From an uncultured delta proteobacterium (GTDB taxonomy: Bacteria > Desulfobacterota > Binatia > Bin18), in assembly GCA_963733195.1 (NCBI GenBank), contig CAVTCR010000026.1:32001-96000 (forward strand): a stretch of 64,000 nt of DNA, in the 5' to 3' direction. Shown here piece by piece: positions 22,076 to 33,930 of the stretch. Position numbers and translations under genes: made by a program. Numbering within the stretch: position 1 is the stretch's first letter; each line of letters starts with the position of its first letter. Under the pieces are notes generated by a model. It was not told where the DNA came from, did not search any database, and saw only the letters and a program-made list of their open reading frames with translations.

Positions 22076-22363
22076 CCGGCTGTTGCTGTGAAAGTTGTGA
22101 TCTCCTAGCGTGAGTAGCGCAACATGTCAAGGAAAAAAAGCGTCTGTTTGTGAGCAAGGGATGTGCCAAAATCGTACGGCAGATTAGTCACCAGAAGTGA
22201 GATTTTACCGGAGTTTCAAGAAAGACAAATGAAAACGGCGATGTACGAAAATTTACTAATTTGATAAGTATCTTTCGTGGCGTCGCATTTCTACCTTTAG
22301 ATAGATATCAGTTTTTTCGCAGGCCTCTTTTCTGTCGAAAAAAAGAGACATTACTGGTTGCGG

Positions 22364-24103
22364 TCACGACACCCCAAACCCGCGTACATTTCCGCAATCG
22401 ACGTTAATTAACGCTTGGCGCTTTTCTTCGCGCACGACTTTGAGTGCGCGCTTCAGTGCGGCAGGGAGTTCGTGTGGTGTGTGGACAACTTCGCCGTGTC
22501 CACCACAAGCCTGTGCAAACATTTCATAGGCGGGTTGGACGCCAAAACGCCCGAAGGGAAAATTTTCTGTACGTACCGCCCACCCTTGTGGATGCACGCC
22601 GCGGGTTGCCATCTGCGTAGCATTCCAGCCGCCGTTGTTACAGATGATGATTAAGATCGGGAGATTGTGCATAGCTGACACCATGTGACACGCGCTAGGA
22701 ACGCTAAAAATATAGGTGCCATCGCCGACAACGGAAATCACTGTTTTGTCTGGTGCGCCGAGTTTCACTCCCAGTGCACCACCAACGCCCCAACCAAGCC
22801 CGCCTGCAGGTGAGAAGCCAAGATACGATCCCGGTGTGTTGAACTCAATGTGACGTAGACTCAAATCATATTCGTTGACGAAGATCATACTGTCGTCTTT
22901 GAGCTGATTGAGACAGTGCGAGACCCATTCAAAGGTTAATATCTGCGCGCGGCCTTTCTCTTCTGCCTCGTGTTTCCAGGCCGTACGCTGCATATCGTGC
23001 TCTTTCTTCAATCGCTCGAACCGTTGGGCGATTTTTCCTTCGTGTCCGGGGCGAAGTTTCTGCAGAGCCGTCGTCAGCTGAGACACCGCCACCGCGGAAT
23101 CTCCGGTAATGGCGAGAGTGGTTGGGAATCCCCACACTGGATAGCGGCTGTGAAGTGGATCGACACCAATATGGATGACACGGGCGTCGGGGTTCACTTT
23201 GTGAACTGCTGGTGCCCAGGGAACGTCACAATCAATGACAACAATGACATCGGCTTTCGGAAGTAGGGTACCGGGTTCAAACCCTAAATGGAGTGGATGT
23301 CCAGCAGGAAAGTTCACGTGTGCAGCAAACGGATACTCGACCACAGGTAAGGCGAATGATTCGGCCAGCGTTACTAAGACTGGAACTGCTGCCACGTTAC
23401 GACCATAGGTCCGCGTAATAATCAGCGGATACTTTGCCTCTGCAAGTAGCGCGGCTGCTTCAGCGAGGCGATCAGGATCTGGAAAAGGGGTAGTGGTCGG
23501 CATAAATGCCGGGCCATCCTCATAGGTGAACTCAGAGTGAGGTTTGGCGAGTACTTCACGCGGGAATGTGAGATAGACTGGCCCTCGTGGTTCGCTCATT
23601 GCGATCGAAAACGCCCGGCGGATGACTGTCTCCAGTTGATCGAACGAGCGGAGTTCGTAGTCCCATTTGACGTATTCACGTACCATCGCCGCTTGATCGA
23701 ACGACTCCTGGGCCCAATGGATCAGGAGATCACGACTCCCAGGATTGCCTGCTTCGGTTATCGGGGTGCGACCGGCAGTCAACACAAGAGGAATGTTCGC
23801 GCGTGCGGCATTGATCAGTCCGCAGATCGCATTAGCCGTACCGACTGTGGTATGGACCATGGCCAGCGGCGGTTCGCCTGTCACTAAATGATAGCCATGC
23901 GCCATACTGATGGCGCAGAACTCGTGTGGCACTTGTATAGGGTAGGGAGTGGTTTTGCCTTCAGTGGCAAACTTGGCAAAGCCATCGATCAGCGAGGCGA
24001 AATCTGTCCCGGCATTCCCAAAGAAATACTTCACGCCCATTGCACGTAACAGTTCGAGATATGCTTGAGCGGTGTTTTCAACGGCAACAGTTTTTTGCGG
24101 CAT
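22364..24103 (-). CDS. Thiamine pyrophosphate-dependent enzyme (acetolactate synthase/benzoylformate decarboxylase-like)
   Basis: FGNAGTDF, PHE..A.SMAHGY and GDGTY...NNGGW ThDP motif. Confidence 0.88.
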   Translation of the reverse strand: MPQKTVAVENTAQAYLELLRAMGVKYFFGNAGTDFASLIDGFAKFATEGKTTPYPIQVPHEFCAISMAHGYHLVTGEPPLAMVHTTVGTANAICGLINAARANIPLVLTAGRTPITEAGNPGSRDLLIHWAQESFDQAAMVREYVKWDYELRSFDQLETVIRRAFSIAMSEPRGPVYLTFPREVLAKPHSEFTYEDGPAFMPTTTPFPDPDRLAEAAALLAEAKYPLIITRTYGRNVAAVPVLVTLAESFALPVVEYPFAAHVNFPAGHPLHLGFEPGTLLPKADVIVVIDCDVPWAPAVHKVNPDARVIHIGVDPLHSRYPVWGFPTTLAITGDSAVAVSQLTTALQKLRPGHEGKIAQRFERLKKEHDMQRTAWKHEAEEKGRAQILTFEWVSHCLNQLKDDSMIFVNEYDLSLRHIEFNTPGSYLGFSPAGGLGWGVGGALGVKLGAPDKTVISVVGDGTYIFSVPSACHMVSAMHNLPILIIICNNGGWNATQMATRGVHPQGWAVRTENFPFGRFGVQPAYEMFAQACGGHGEVVHTPHELPAALKRALKVVREEKRQALINVDCGNVRGFGVS

Positions 24104-24181
24104 AGGTGGAGTCCTGAAGGTGGGATCATCGGGTCAGGAAGAGCAAAGGATACCGACCCCTATTCCCTAATACTCTGGTCC

Positions 24182-25279
24182 TTAGTAGATGATAACGCTT
24201 CTCGCCACTTCGCCTTTTTCCATCCATTCGAAGGCGTCATTCACCTGTTCCAGCTTGATTCGTCGTGAGACCAATTCGTCGAGTTTGAGACGCTTATTCA
24301 TGTAGAGTTCGAGCAACCGAGGCATATCGACACTCGGACGGGCGGAGCCGTAGATCGAGCCTTTGAGGGTTTTTTCTTGCAGCAGGGAAAGGGCAGGTAT
24401 CATGACCATGTCGTCAGGCTTAGCGACGCCAACGACAACAGCCGTCCCACCTGGGCAGATCGAGTGATAGGCTTGCACGACGGTGTCTGCCCGGCCAATA
24501 ACCTCAAAAGCGTACTCCGCGCCTAATCCGTTGGTGAGGCCGAAAACTTGAGTGATCGGGTCGCCATCCGCAGGATTCACTGTGTGTGTGGCACCAAATT
24601 GTTTGGCGAGTGCTAGTTTCTTAGGATTGAGATCTACCGCGATGATCTTGTCTGCTCCCGCGAGTACTGCGCCTTGAACAACATTGAGCCCAACGCCACC
24701 ACAGCCGATCACCACCACACTTGAACCTGGTTCAACCTTAGCAGTGTTGATGACCGCGCCCACGCCTGTCATGACGCCACAACCGACCAGGGCAGCAGCT
24801 TCAAATGGAACATCCGAACGAATCGGTACGACGCCAGCCTCAGGAACAACGGCATATTCACCGAACGACCCCACACCAGTAAAGACGCGGATTTCCGTAT
24901 CGCCTTTATGCAGGCGACTAGTGCCATCGGGCAGATAGCCTTGCAGGATCGCCATGCTTCCGGTTTGGCAGAGTTGTGGACGACCAGTGACACAGTAGCC
25001 ACACTTTCCGCACGACGGACGCCAGGAGAGAATTACATGGTCGCCAGGTTGTACACTGGTCACATCAGCGCCGACTTCCTGGACGATCCCGGCACCTTCA
25101 TGCCCAAGCACCGCAGGTGGAGGAGGAAAGGGCAGGGTGCCGTTCATTACCGACAGATCACTATGACACACGCCACTGGCGGCAACTTTGACCAGCACCT
25201 CTCCGCGTTTGGGTTTGTCGATATCGATCTCTTCGATCTTCAGGGGAGCGTTGTGCTCGTAAAACACCGCAGCTTTCAT
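24182..25279 (-). CDS. Zn-dependent alcohol dehydrogenase (class III-like)
   Basis: GVCHSD, GHEGAG, structural Zn CGKCGYC...C, GCGGVG. Confidence 0.9.
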   Translation of the reverse strand: MKAAVFYEHNAPLKIEEIDIDKPKRGEVLVKVAASGVCHSDLSVMNGTLPFPPPPAVLGHEGAGIVQEVGADVTSVQPGDHVILSWRPSCGKCGYCVTGRPQLCQTGSMAILQGYLPDGTSRLHKGDTEIRVFTGVGSFGEYAVVPEAGVVPIRSDVPFEAAALVGCGVMTGVGAVINTAKVEPGSSVVVIGCGGVGLNVVQGAVLAGADKIIAVDLNPKKLALAKQFGATHTVNPADGDPITQVFGLTNGLGAEYAFEVIGRADTVVQAYHSICPGGTAVVVGVAKPDDMVMIPALSLLQEKTLKGSIYGSARPSVDMPRLLELYMNKRLKLDELVSRRIKLEQVNDAFEWMEKGEVARSVIIY

Positions 25280-25413
25280 GGTGCATCCCTCCTGTGCGAC
25301 TCTCGTTGTGCCCCACTATGGCACACGGGATATAACGAGAACAGCACAGGCGATGGTAATGTTGATGTGTCCCAGGTAGAACAGGCTTCCAGCCTGTAAT
25401 GAGGAGGAAAACT

Positions 25414-25959
25414 ATGCCCAAATTGACCAAAGCTGAAATGAGCGAATTTTTACAGGAACGCGGACACCTCGCCCGTATTGCGACGATCAACGCCGACGGC
25501 GCCCCAAGTGTGGTACCGGTGTGGTTTATCTGTGAGGACGGCAAGATCTTGATTACACCGCGTAAGTACTCGGCCTTTTACGCAAACGTCCAGCGCGACC
25601 CGCGTGTGGCGATTACCGTTGATGAAGAAGCTGGGCGCTATCGTAAAGTGTTGGTCGAAGGGAAAGCGGAGATTCTCTACACGCCGGGTCAGGATGACAT
25701 CTGGCGTGATACCTACCGTCGCATCTCGCGTCGTTACATCGATGATCAGTCAGCGGACTATTACATTACCGAAACGATCGACCAGCCTCGTGCACTGATA
25801 GGGGTAGAACTCACCAAAGCAAAAGTCACAACCTGGCGGATGCCGAAAGAAGGCGAAGCCTACACTGGCATTTGGCATAAGCGGTACTATGAGGAAGGCT
25901 CGAAGATGGGAGAAACAGGCGGAGGACGGGTGGTGCCGCGGCAAGCGGAAGTCAGTTGA
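25414..25959 (+). CDS. Pyridoxamine 5'-phosphate oxidase-like (PPOX class, possibly F420-binding) protein
   Basis: ARIATINADGAPSVVPVWF...NVQRDPRVAITVD; RBS gaggagg. Confidence 0.8.
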   Translation: MPKLTKAEMSEFLQERGHLARIATINADGAPSVVPVWFICEDGKILITPRKYSAFYANVQRDPRVAITVDEEAGRYRKVLVEGKAEILYTPGQDDIWRDTYRRISRRYIDDQSADYYITETIDQPRALIGVELTKAKVTTWRMPKEGEAYTGIWHKRYYEEGSKMGETGGGRVVPRQAEVS

Positions 25960-26029
25960 AGATTGGTTAGGCGGAGGGTTTAGTATTCGGGGGAAGACAC
26001 CTCAATAGTATCACCCTGAACCCTTTGCT

Positions 26030-26123
26030 TCCGCTCATCCTGAGCGTACGGGCGAAGTCGAAGGACGCTCAGGATAAACTGCGAAGGGTCTCCCTGAGAG
26101 ATTTTCGCTCCGCTCAGAATGAC
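26030..26123. repeat. REP-like palindromic element between convergent genes
   Basis: tcaccctgaacc...gctcaggataaact...gagattttcgctccgctcagaatgac. Confidence 0.7.
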
Positions 26124-26146
26124 AAGCCTGAGATGTTAGTGTGAGC

Positions 26147-27349
26147 TTACGCCGCGCACGACGCTGCTAGACTCGATAGCGCCACCTGACGACGTCCTTC
26201 ACGGACATCGTTGCGGTCAAAACCGTTAGTGAGATAGCTAAACGAGATTCCTGTTGCCGGATCGGCCCATGCGGTCTGGCCGCCGAAGCCAGGATGTCCA
26301 AACGACTCTGGCTGAATTGGTACGACCAAAGCCGCGTTTATTCGCATTGCCGTCGCCGCCGGCAATGGCAATGCCGAGCCCGCGATTAGCGAGCATACCG
26401 AGATACGGATCTTTGAGTTCGCCGGTACGAACGCGACGGGCTTCGCGTAACATCTCTGGCTGCCAAATCTGTTTGCCATCGTACGATCGTCCGTCGTTTA
26501 ACAGTGCTTGATAGAATAGTGCAATGTCACCGGCAGTAGTGATCCCGCCTGCCGACGGTGACCCTGCCATTCTCGTCGCGAGTTCATTGAGTTCAAGTAC
26601 GCCTTCTTCGCTAATCGCCGATACGCCACCACGCGGTGGTTTCATGCCCATTTTTGCATACTCTTCAGCAGTCATCGGCTGCCCAACCCAGCGCAGTTCA
26701 GCAACGCGCTTGTTCAGCTCCTCGGTGATCTTTACTCGCAAGATCGGGAATTCCAAGAGGTTCGGCGATACGGGTACGGACGAAATCGTGATACGCCTGT
26801 CCACTAGTACGTTCGACGATGTCGGCAATCGGCCAGAAGTTGGCAGAAATGTGATAGACAAATTTCTCGCCTGGTTTATGGTCGGTTTTCCACTGCGCGT
26901 ACCGTTCCGTGCGCCGTTTTTTATCAGCCCAATCTTTCTGCCAGTGCGGTGCATACGGAATGGCTGACGTATGAATGAGACATTGCTCGACGGTGATCGC
27001 GTCTTTGCCGTTGGTGCCGAACTCAGGCACGAATTTCACGATCGTGGTCGCCTATCTGCAGTTTCCCTTCCTGCATCAACATCCACGCCGAGGCTGCAGT
27101 GAACGCTTTGGTGGCAGACATGATGACGAAGAACGTCTCATTGGTGGCCGGTTTTTCAACGCCATCTTGGACAGCGCGACCAAAGGTCTGCATCGCTCCG
27201 ATCTTGCCATTACGGGCGATAGCAACCTGACAGGCAGGCAGAATGCCTTCTTTCACTTCACGTTCTGCACGTTCAAAGAGTGCTTGTACTTTCTGTGAAT
27301 CAAGCCCGACTTCCTCTGGGCTCTTAGCGAAAAAATGTGATGCTGGCAT
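26147..27349 (-). CDS. Serine hydrolase (beta-lactamase class C-like), multiply frameshifted
   Basis: SxxK (MSATKA), LIHTS, PGEKFVYH, FGHPGFGGQTAWADP spread over four ORFs. Confidence 0.82.
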
Positions 27350-27465
27350 GTGACTCTCCCTCCTTATGCTTATTGTTCTAAAGGTAGCTCTACCAATAGT
27401 TCGGACAAAAATCAGACGGCGATAACGCCATAAGTCCTCGCTATTCATCCCGTCATCAGTTAATT

Positions 27466-28508
27466 CTAAGGCACTAGGACCCCCCGGCCAGGCAGACGGC
27501 CCGCAATGAGATCGTGCATCGCTTCATTCACCTGGTTAAGCCGGTACTCACGAGTAGTGAGTTTTACTTGTCCTTGGGCCGCCAAGGATCATTAGCGCGG
27601 ACAGCTCGGAATAATTGCCGACCAGCGTGCCGACTACGCTGAACTCACTAAAAATCATGTCGATCGCCGGGACCTGCACGACTCCCGCCATAGCCAACGA
27701 CATAGTAAGTCCCGCCGCGCCGTAACATTGCCATGCCCTGGTCAGGCGTGCCCTTCTCGCCGACAAAATCGATCACCGCATCGGCTCCACCGTCAGTCAG
27801 GCGGCGAAGGTCATCCACTGCACCACGCCCGCCTAGCATGCGGTGTTGAAAGCCCATCTCTGCGGCGAACTGTAAGGCCGGTTCGGAAGTATCCACAATG
27901 ATAATCGTTCCGGCACACAGGCTGCGCAGCACCTGGGCGGCAATGTGGCCCAGCCCACCAAAGCCGATAATGGCAGCGGTCATGCCTGGCTTTAAGATTT
28001 CTGAGGCTTTGCGTGCTGCCCGGTAAGCAGTGAGACCAGCATCAGCATACGGTGCCACGGTTTTGGGCTCAAGATTGGCGGGCAGTTTAATCAACGAGCG
28101 CTCTTTGGTGTGCAGGAACTGGGCAAAGCCGCCATTATGGCTGATGCCTGGAAACCAACTATTCTGGCAGTGCATATCCTCACCACGCCGACAGGCCGGG
28201 CAGGTACCATCGGTGACCAAAGGATGGACAATCACCGGGTCGCCGGGTTTGACTGTCTTCACGTTCGTTCCTACCTCGTGGATCCAGCCAGCGTTCTCGT
28301 GGCCGAGAATATAGGGGAGGGGACGGTCTACTTTTGCGCGCCAGATGCCTTCGACAATATGCAAGTCCGTCCGACACAGTCCAGCTCCGCCAACACGAAC
28401 GATGACATCGTCAGGCTCGTGAATCTGTGGATTGGGAAGCTCTTCAAGTTGAAGAAGCTGTTCTCGTTTCAGCGTTTCATCGAATGCATGAAGTCGAGCT
28501 GCTTGCAT
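27466..28508 (-). CDS. NAD(P)-dependent Zn alcohol dehydrogenase (frameshifted near the 3' end)
   Basis: GGAGLCRTDLH, GHENAGW, ADAGLTAYRA, GFGGLG; C-terminus DLIAGRLPGRGVLVP* lies in a shifted frame. Confidence 0.88.
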
Positions 28509-28726
28509 GGCTTCTCCTTATATCTGCCGTATTCTTTTGTTGTCCTTGCGCGCCTCATACACTACAGGCCGGGCGTTCGTCAACGCAAAAGCACGGCTTC
28601 GATGCAACTCGTCACGGCAAAAACGTTGACAATACAGAAGCGTAATGCCAAGGTAAGCGCCGAAGTTTAGTCCAGAACGTGTAGCCCTGCTCGTGGCGAT
28701 ACGTAGAATGAGGAGGGGACCGGTTC

Positions 28727-29262
28727 ATGAAGAAAAATATCAATCGTCGTCAGTTCTTGCAGACGAGTGGTCTTGCTATTGCTGGCGCTGCTGTTGCTGG
28801 TACGACCGGGACACTACTGCTTGACCCGAGTGCAACTTGGGCAGTAGCAAAGGCAACACTCGATGACCATACGACTAAAACACTCGTTGTTATGTGTCGC
28901 CAGATCTACCCACATACAGTGATTGAGGATGCGGAGTATGCCAAGACTGTCGAAGGGTTTACGAAGAAGGCAAGTACCGATCCCAGCCTTTGCTCAGCTA
29001 TTGCGCGAGGGTGTTGCTACACTTGATGCCACTGCAAAAGGCAAATGGCTAGAGGTTAAAGATGAGGACAAGCTTCAAGTCTTAAAAAGTATTGCTGACT
29101 CGCCATTTTTCCAAACAGTGCGAGGGACATTGGTCGGATGCTGGTGGACCGTACAACCTGCCAACGGTGTGGAAGAAGTTCGGCTACGAAGGGTCTTCGT
29201 GGCAGTTGGGTGGGTATCTTGCTCGTGGCTTTGACGACATCAAGTGGTTGCCAAAGGAATAG
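28727..29262 (+). CDS. Tat-exported small subunit of a flavoprotein dehydrogenase (gluconate 2-DH subunit 3-like), frameshifted
   Basis: NRRQFL twin-arginine signal, RQIYPH, FFQTVRG, and VWKKFGYEGSS..GGYL.RGFDDIKWL in a shifted frame. Confidence 0.78.
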
Positions 29263-29276
29263 TGAGGGGAAGGATC

Positions 29277-30846
29277 ATGGCGAATTATGAATTAAAAGAC
29301 GATAGCGTGGTCGTCATCATCGGCTCTGGTGCGGGCGGTGGTACCCTGGCCAATGAATTGTGTCAGAAGGGAGTGAAGGTCGTTCTCCTTGAAGCTGGCA
29401 AACGCATTGAAATTAAGGATTTTGTCAATGATGAGTGGCCGATGTTCAACAAGATCGCCTGGCTCGATAAGCGGACTACTTCTGGGTCGTGGCGTGTCGC
29501 CAAGAATTTCCCCAATCTTCCAGCATGGACAGTGAAAGCTGTCGGTGGAACGACTGTACATTGGGCTGGAGCGTCGTTGCGATTTAAGGACTTTGAATTC
29601 AAAGCCCGCTCGACCTACGGTGAGATTGCTGGTGCGAACTTGCTCGATTGGCCAATCACACTTAGCTGATTTAGAGCCGTACTATGCGCGCGCTGAGGAT
29701 AAGATGGGTGTAACGGGGACCAATAGTATTCCTCGCTTGCCGGGGAACAATAATTTTAAGGTCCTTGCCGCTGGAGCGAAGAAACTCGGTTACAAGCAAG
29801 TCCACACTGGCAATATGGCGATTAACTCACAGCCGCGTGACGGACGTAGCGGATGTATGCAAATTGGCTTCTGCTTTGAAGGTTGTAAGAGCGGAGCAAA
29901 ATGGTCGACGTTGTATACGGAGATCCCCAAGGCCGAGGCGACAGGCAAACTTGACTTACGACCAGAGAGCCAGGTATTGCGTATTCTTCATAACGACAAA
30001 GGAAAAGTTTCTGGCGTTGTCTATGCCGACAAAAACGGCAAGCAGGTCGAGCAAAAAGCCCGGGTCGTCTGTGTCGCTGCGAACTCAATCGAAAGTGCGC
30101 GGCTGCTTCTCAACTCTTCCTCGAACACATTCCCAAATGGGTTGGCCAATTCTTCTGGACAGGTTGGGCGCAATTATATGCGCCATATGACTGGCAGCGT
30201 ATATGGCATGTTTCCTAACGAAGTGAATATGCACCGTGGCACGATAATGGCTGGGATTGTTGAGGACGAAGCGATCAATGATCCGAAGCGTGGTTTTGTC
30301 GGTGGCTATCATATGGAGACCATTTCACTTGGGTTGCCGTTCATGGCCGCGTTTCTTGATCCGGGAGCATGGGGACGCGACTTTACCGAGATGCTCGATC
30401 AATTTAATCACATGGCTGGCATGTGGCTGGTCGGTGAGGATATGCCGCGTGAGAGCAATCGCATCACGTTGCATGCAACTGAAAAAGACCAGTTTGGTAT
30501 GCCCATTCCTAACGTGCATTTTGATGACCACGACAACGATGTTGCAATGCGTAAGCACGCCTATAAACAAGGATCTGCAATCTACAGTGCGGTTGGCGCG
30601 ACGAAAAACTTTGAAACGCCGCCGTATCCTTCAACGCACAATTTGGGGACCAACCGCATGAGCGAGAAGTCGCGCGACGGTGTGGTGAACAAGTGGGGAC
30701 AATCCCACGATATCGCTAACTTATTTATTTCTGATGGCAGCCAATTTACGACCGGCGGGGCGTCAAATCCAACTTTGACGATTGTAACTCTTGCAATTCG
30801 GCAGGCTGAGTATATTACTGAGGCGATGAGTAAGCAGGATATCTGA
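29277..30846 (+). CDS. GMC family FAD oxidoreductase (one frameshift)
   Basis: IGSGAGGG, VGGTTVHW, ESARLLLNS, HNLGTNRM, NPTLTI. Confidence 0.9.
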
Positions 30847-30968
30847 ACGACTAAAGCATAATACGTAATAGCGTAATCCCCACCGCTCCCTTTACGTTTT
30901 ACGTATCTCTACTAGCCGGAATAGCCCATGGTCTCATCCAGGGCCATGGGTGTAGTAGGAGCGCGGCT

Positions 30969-31322
30969 CTACGACGCCGTAAACCCTTTCACGTATTTAA
31001 TCAGCGCACGAATTTGCTCATCGTTGAGAATTCCCTCATACGAAGGCATGAGCGGTGATTTCCCGACACTGGCGCCACCTTCCTTGAGGAGTTTCGTCAG
31101 ATACGCGGTATCCTTGCCTTTGAGGACAGTGGCCAAGTTTGCTGGCTTAGGTTGTAATACTTGAGCCGTTGGTCCGTCGCCTTTGCCCTCAGGACCATGG
31201 CACATGGCGCAGGTTTGGTCGTAGAGTTGCTTCGCTTCTTGCCCATAGGCAGCCTCGGCGGCAAGATAAATAAAAAAGACACTCGCAGTGACTAAGAGCA
31301 CTGGCTTCTGATACATCTTCAT
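30969..31322 (-). CDS. Monoheme c-type cytochrome
   Basis: Signal peptide, CAMCHG heme motif and distal SPLMP. Confidence 0.9.
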   Translation of the reverse strand: MKMYQKPVLLVTASVFFIYLAAEAAYGQEAKQLYDQTCAMCHGPEGKGDGPTAQVLQPKPANLATVLKGKDTAYLTKLLKEGGASVGKSPLMPSYEGILNDEQIRALIKYVKGFTAS

Positions 31323-32029
31323 TCATGTGTTCCCTTCAAAGACAGCAAGGATAATACACAAACGCTGACAATATAAACGAGGAAATGGGAAAACTAAAAG
31401 GGGGAAAGGCGAAACGGGGCAAAGGGGAAACGGAAAATAAAAAAAGCTCTAAACTACAGGCTGTAGGGAAAAACCAAACCGTTTGATCTACCCATCTCGC
31501 CGGCGCTCTCCCCAACGGCGCCGCCCCTGACTCCGCAGTGAAATGTCTGCCGGCCGGCTGACCGCCCCGCGACCGACCTTTGCCTGACGCTTCGTGCTTT
31601 TCCAGAGACGCTGCTATCTCTGTGGTTGAGCGCTCCTTCACGAAAATCCCTTTTACTCGTATAGGTGTGTGAGATCGGAGTGGTTCCGATTAACGTCCAG
31701 CGTACATCCTTGGCCGAGATATTGAAGAAGGCCGTCCCGTCTCCACACCACGTACCATAAAGAGCGCACAGTTTCGTTTCACCTGATCTTCCTGCCAGGT
31801 CAGACTGGGGCCAGCGCGCCAGCAATCCTTCCAACGCGATCATTGCTTCGAGCCGTGCTTAGCCTGCGCCCACGCAAAAATGGATGCGCTCTTCATAAAC
31901 GGCGACCATCGCCCGAGCCTCGTTCAGTGCGGAGCCGAAATCCTCTTCTAGGAACCCTTCGCGTCGGACAACGCGATGCTGCTTTCCTTGCGGCAAGTGG
32001 TGACCTCTTGAGGACGCGCGCACAAACCG

Positions 32030-33151
32030 CTAGAGCGTGAGCCCATAAAACTCCGCTACGTTATCGTGGAGAATCCAGTTCTTCTGATCCTCAGTGAGCG
32101 ACTGTGCGTGCGTGCGGAGGAGCTCCTGCGAATTCGGCCAGGTCGAATCGCTGTGCGGGAAATCATTCGCCCACATCAGGCGGCGCGGATTCAACATGCC
32201 GGCGCTCTTGAACGCCACCCAATCATCCTGGAAGGTCGTGTAGATATGCTCGCTGAAATACTCGCTCGGCTTCTTCGACAACTTGCTGGTCGTGAGCCAA
32301 TAGCGATGGCGGTCATAAGCATGGTCCATGCGGTACATGAAATGCGGGACCCAACCAGCGTCCGCCTCGACGCAGGCGATCCTGAGGTTGGGATGCCGCT
32401 CGAACACCCCACCGAAAATGAACATCCCCATGATGTCCTGATTGCCGCGGATGATTGAGAGGAAGGAGTTGATCTTCGGCCCGCGGGGAGCGACCGCGAT
32501 TCCTTCGCGCGACGTCAGAATATGGAAACTCAACGGCATTTGCAGCGCAATGGCCGCCTCGAAGAACTCATCATAGATCGGGCTGTCGTAGTCTTCCTGG
32601 ATCGGGAAGCCGGGCATCATCACTCCGCGCAGGCCCATCGCCTTCATCTTCTCGAGGTCCTTAATCCCTTCCTCAGGTGTCCGCATTGCGGTCTGGCCGA
32701 GCCCTAGCAGACGATCGGGATGGGCGCCGCAATACTCCGCGATCCACAGGTTGTAGGCGTCGAAGCAGGCCTTCTTGTAGTCAGCATCGGGATGGTTGCA
32801 CAGGACCATCCCGACGCTGGGATAAATGACCTCCGCGGCCACGCCGTCCCGCTCCTGGTCGGCCATGCGCGCCTCGGGGTCCCATCCCCCGCGATGGAGG
32901 TCTGTGAACTTGGCAAAACGCGCTGAGGTTGCCAAGCCCTCGGCGGAAACGCCCGCTGCCGCGACGAGTCCCATGGGGATGGTCTGCTGCATCCCGTCAA
33001 TCACGTACGAGTCGCCGCTTTTGTCTTGCCACTCAACGTGCGGCGCAATGTCCTTGTACTTTTTGTCGATCCGTGCCGTGTACGTGTCCGGCGGCTCCAT
33101 AATGTGAGAATCCGAGGAGATGATGGGTTTGTTGATGACGCTGTTTGCCAT
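32030..33151 (-). CDS. Amidohydrolase family protein (Amidohydro_2)
   Basis: ISSDSHIMEPP, SFHI, VEADAGW, MWANDFPHSDSTWP. Confidence 0.9.
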   Translation of the reverse strand: MANSVINKPIISSDSHIMEPPDTYTARIDKKYKDIAPHVEWQDKSGDSYVIDGMQQTIPMGLVAAAGVSAEGLATSARFAKFTDLHRGGWDPEARMADQERDGVAAEVIYPSVGMVLCNHPDADYKKACFDAYNLWIAEYCGAHPDRLLGLGQTAMRTPEEGIKDLEKMKAMGLRGVMMPGFPIQEDYDSPIYDEFFEAAIALQMPLSFHILTSREGIAVAPRGPKINSFLSIIRGNQDIMGMFIFGGVFERHPNLRIACVEADAGWVPHFMYRMDHAYDRHRYWLTTSKLSKKPSEYFSEHIYTTFQDDWVAFKSAGMLNPRRLMWANDFPHSDSTWPNSQELLRTHAQSLTEDQKNWILHDNVAEFYGLTL

Positions 33152-33276
33152 GCTTCGCTGCTCCTTTCTTCAACTGCTCAGCCGCCTCGAATACTTGATA
33201 GGCGTGCCTGCATTATTTTATTTCAAATCTTCTCCAAATCGAGCTAGTTCATAGGTATAACTAAAAGTGGAGCACC

Positions 33277-33930
33277 TCACCGGGTGTCGTGCTCGAGCCG
33301 TACTGAAACTGGCGCTCGGTCTTCAGCTACATGCAGCGGAGCCGGCATCGCCCGCGCGTGATGCGAACGGTAGCTGCCAATGAGGATTACTTGCGCTAGG
33401 CCGCGACCGACGTTGCGCCAACGGTGTGGCGCGATACTCTTGTAGCGCACGCTGTCACCGACCCGCAGTTCAAACACGCGGTCACCGATGATGAGCTCGA
33501 TCCGGCCTTGGATACAAATGAGCAGCTCTTCGCCTCGGTGCGTGACGGTATCGGGCCCGCTGTCCTGCCCGGGCGGGATGAAGAATTCGTACGCGTCGAA
33601 TTCGGGATCGCGAAGATCACCGGCGAGGGATTCAACACGCACGCCGTTCCGCGCCTGCACCGTCCGCCGACCGCGCGCCGGACAATAGCTTATGTCCAGC
33701 TCACCCGTGTCCTCGCCAATCAGGAAGCTCACGCGCTTGCGCAGGCCATTCGCGACCTTGGACAGGACCGACAAGGAGGGCACCATCTGCCCAGCCTCGA
33801 TCTTCTGGATCGTGCTAACCGCCACCCCGCACCGCTGAGCGAGCTCCTGCAACGTCCAGCCCGCTTCCTGGCGGGCCGCGCGCACCCGTTCCGCAAGAAC
33901 CGCTTCAGTGGAAGCTCGATTATCCGTCAT
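33277..33930 (-). CDS. XRE-family HTH transcriptional regulator with cupin domain
   Basis: RVRAARQEAGWTLQELAQRCGVAVSTIQKIE; HRGEE...PHRWRN cupin. Start is more likely at MTDNRA than at the longer ORF start. Confidence 0.85.
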   Translation of the reverse strand: MTDNRASTEAVLAERVRAARQEAGWTLQELAQRCGVAVSTIQKIEAGQMVPSLSVLSKVANGLRKRVSFLIGEDTGELDISYCPARGRRTVQARNGVRVESLAGDLRDPEFDAYEFFIPPGQDSGPDTVTHRGEELLICIQGRIELIIGDRVFELRVGDSVRYKSIAPHRWRNVGRGLAQVILIGSYRSHHARAMPAPLHVAEDRAPVSVRLEHDTR

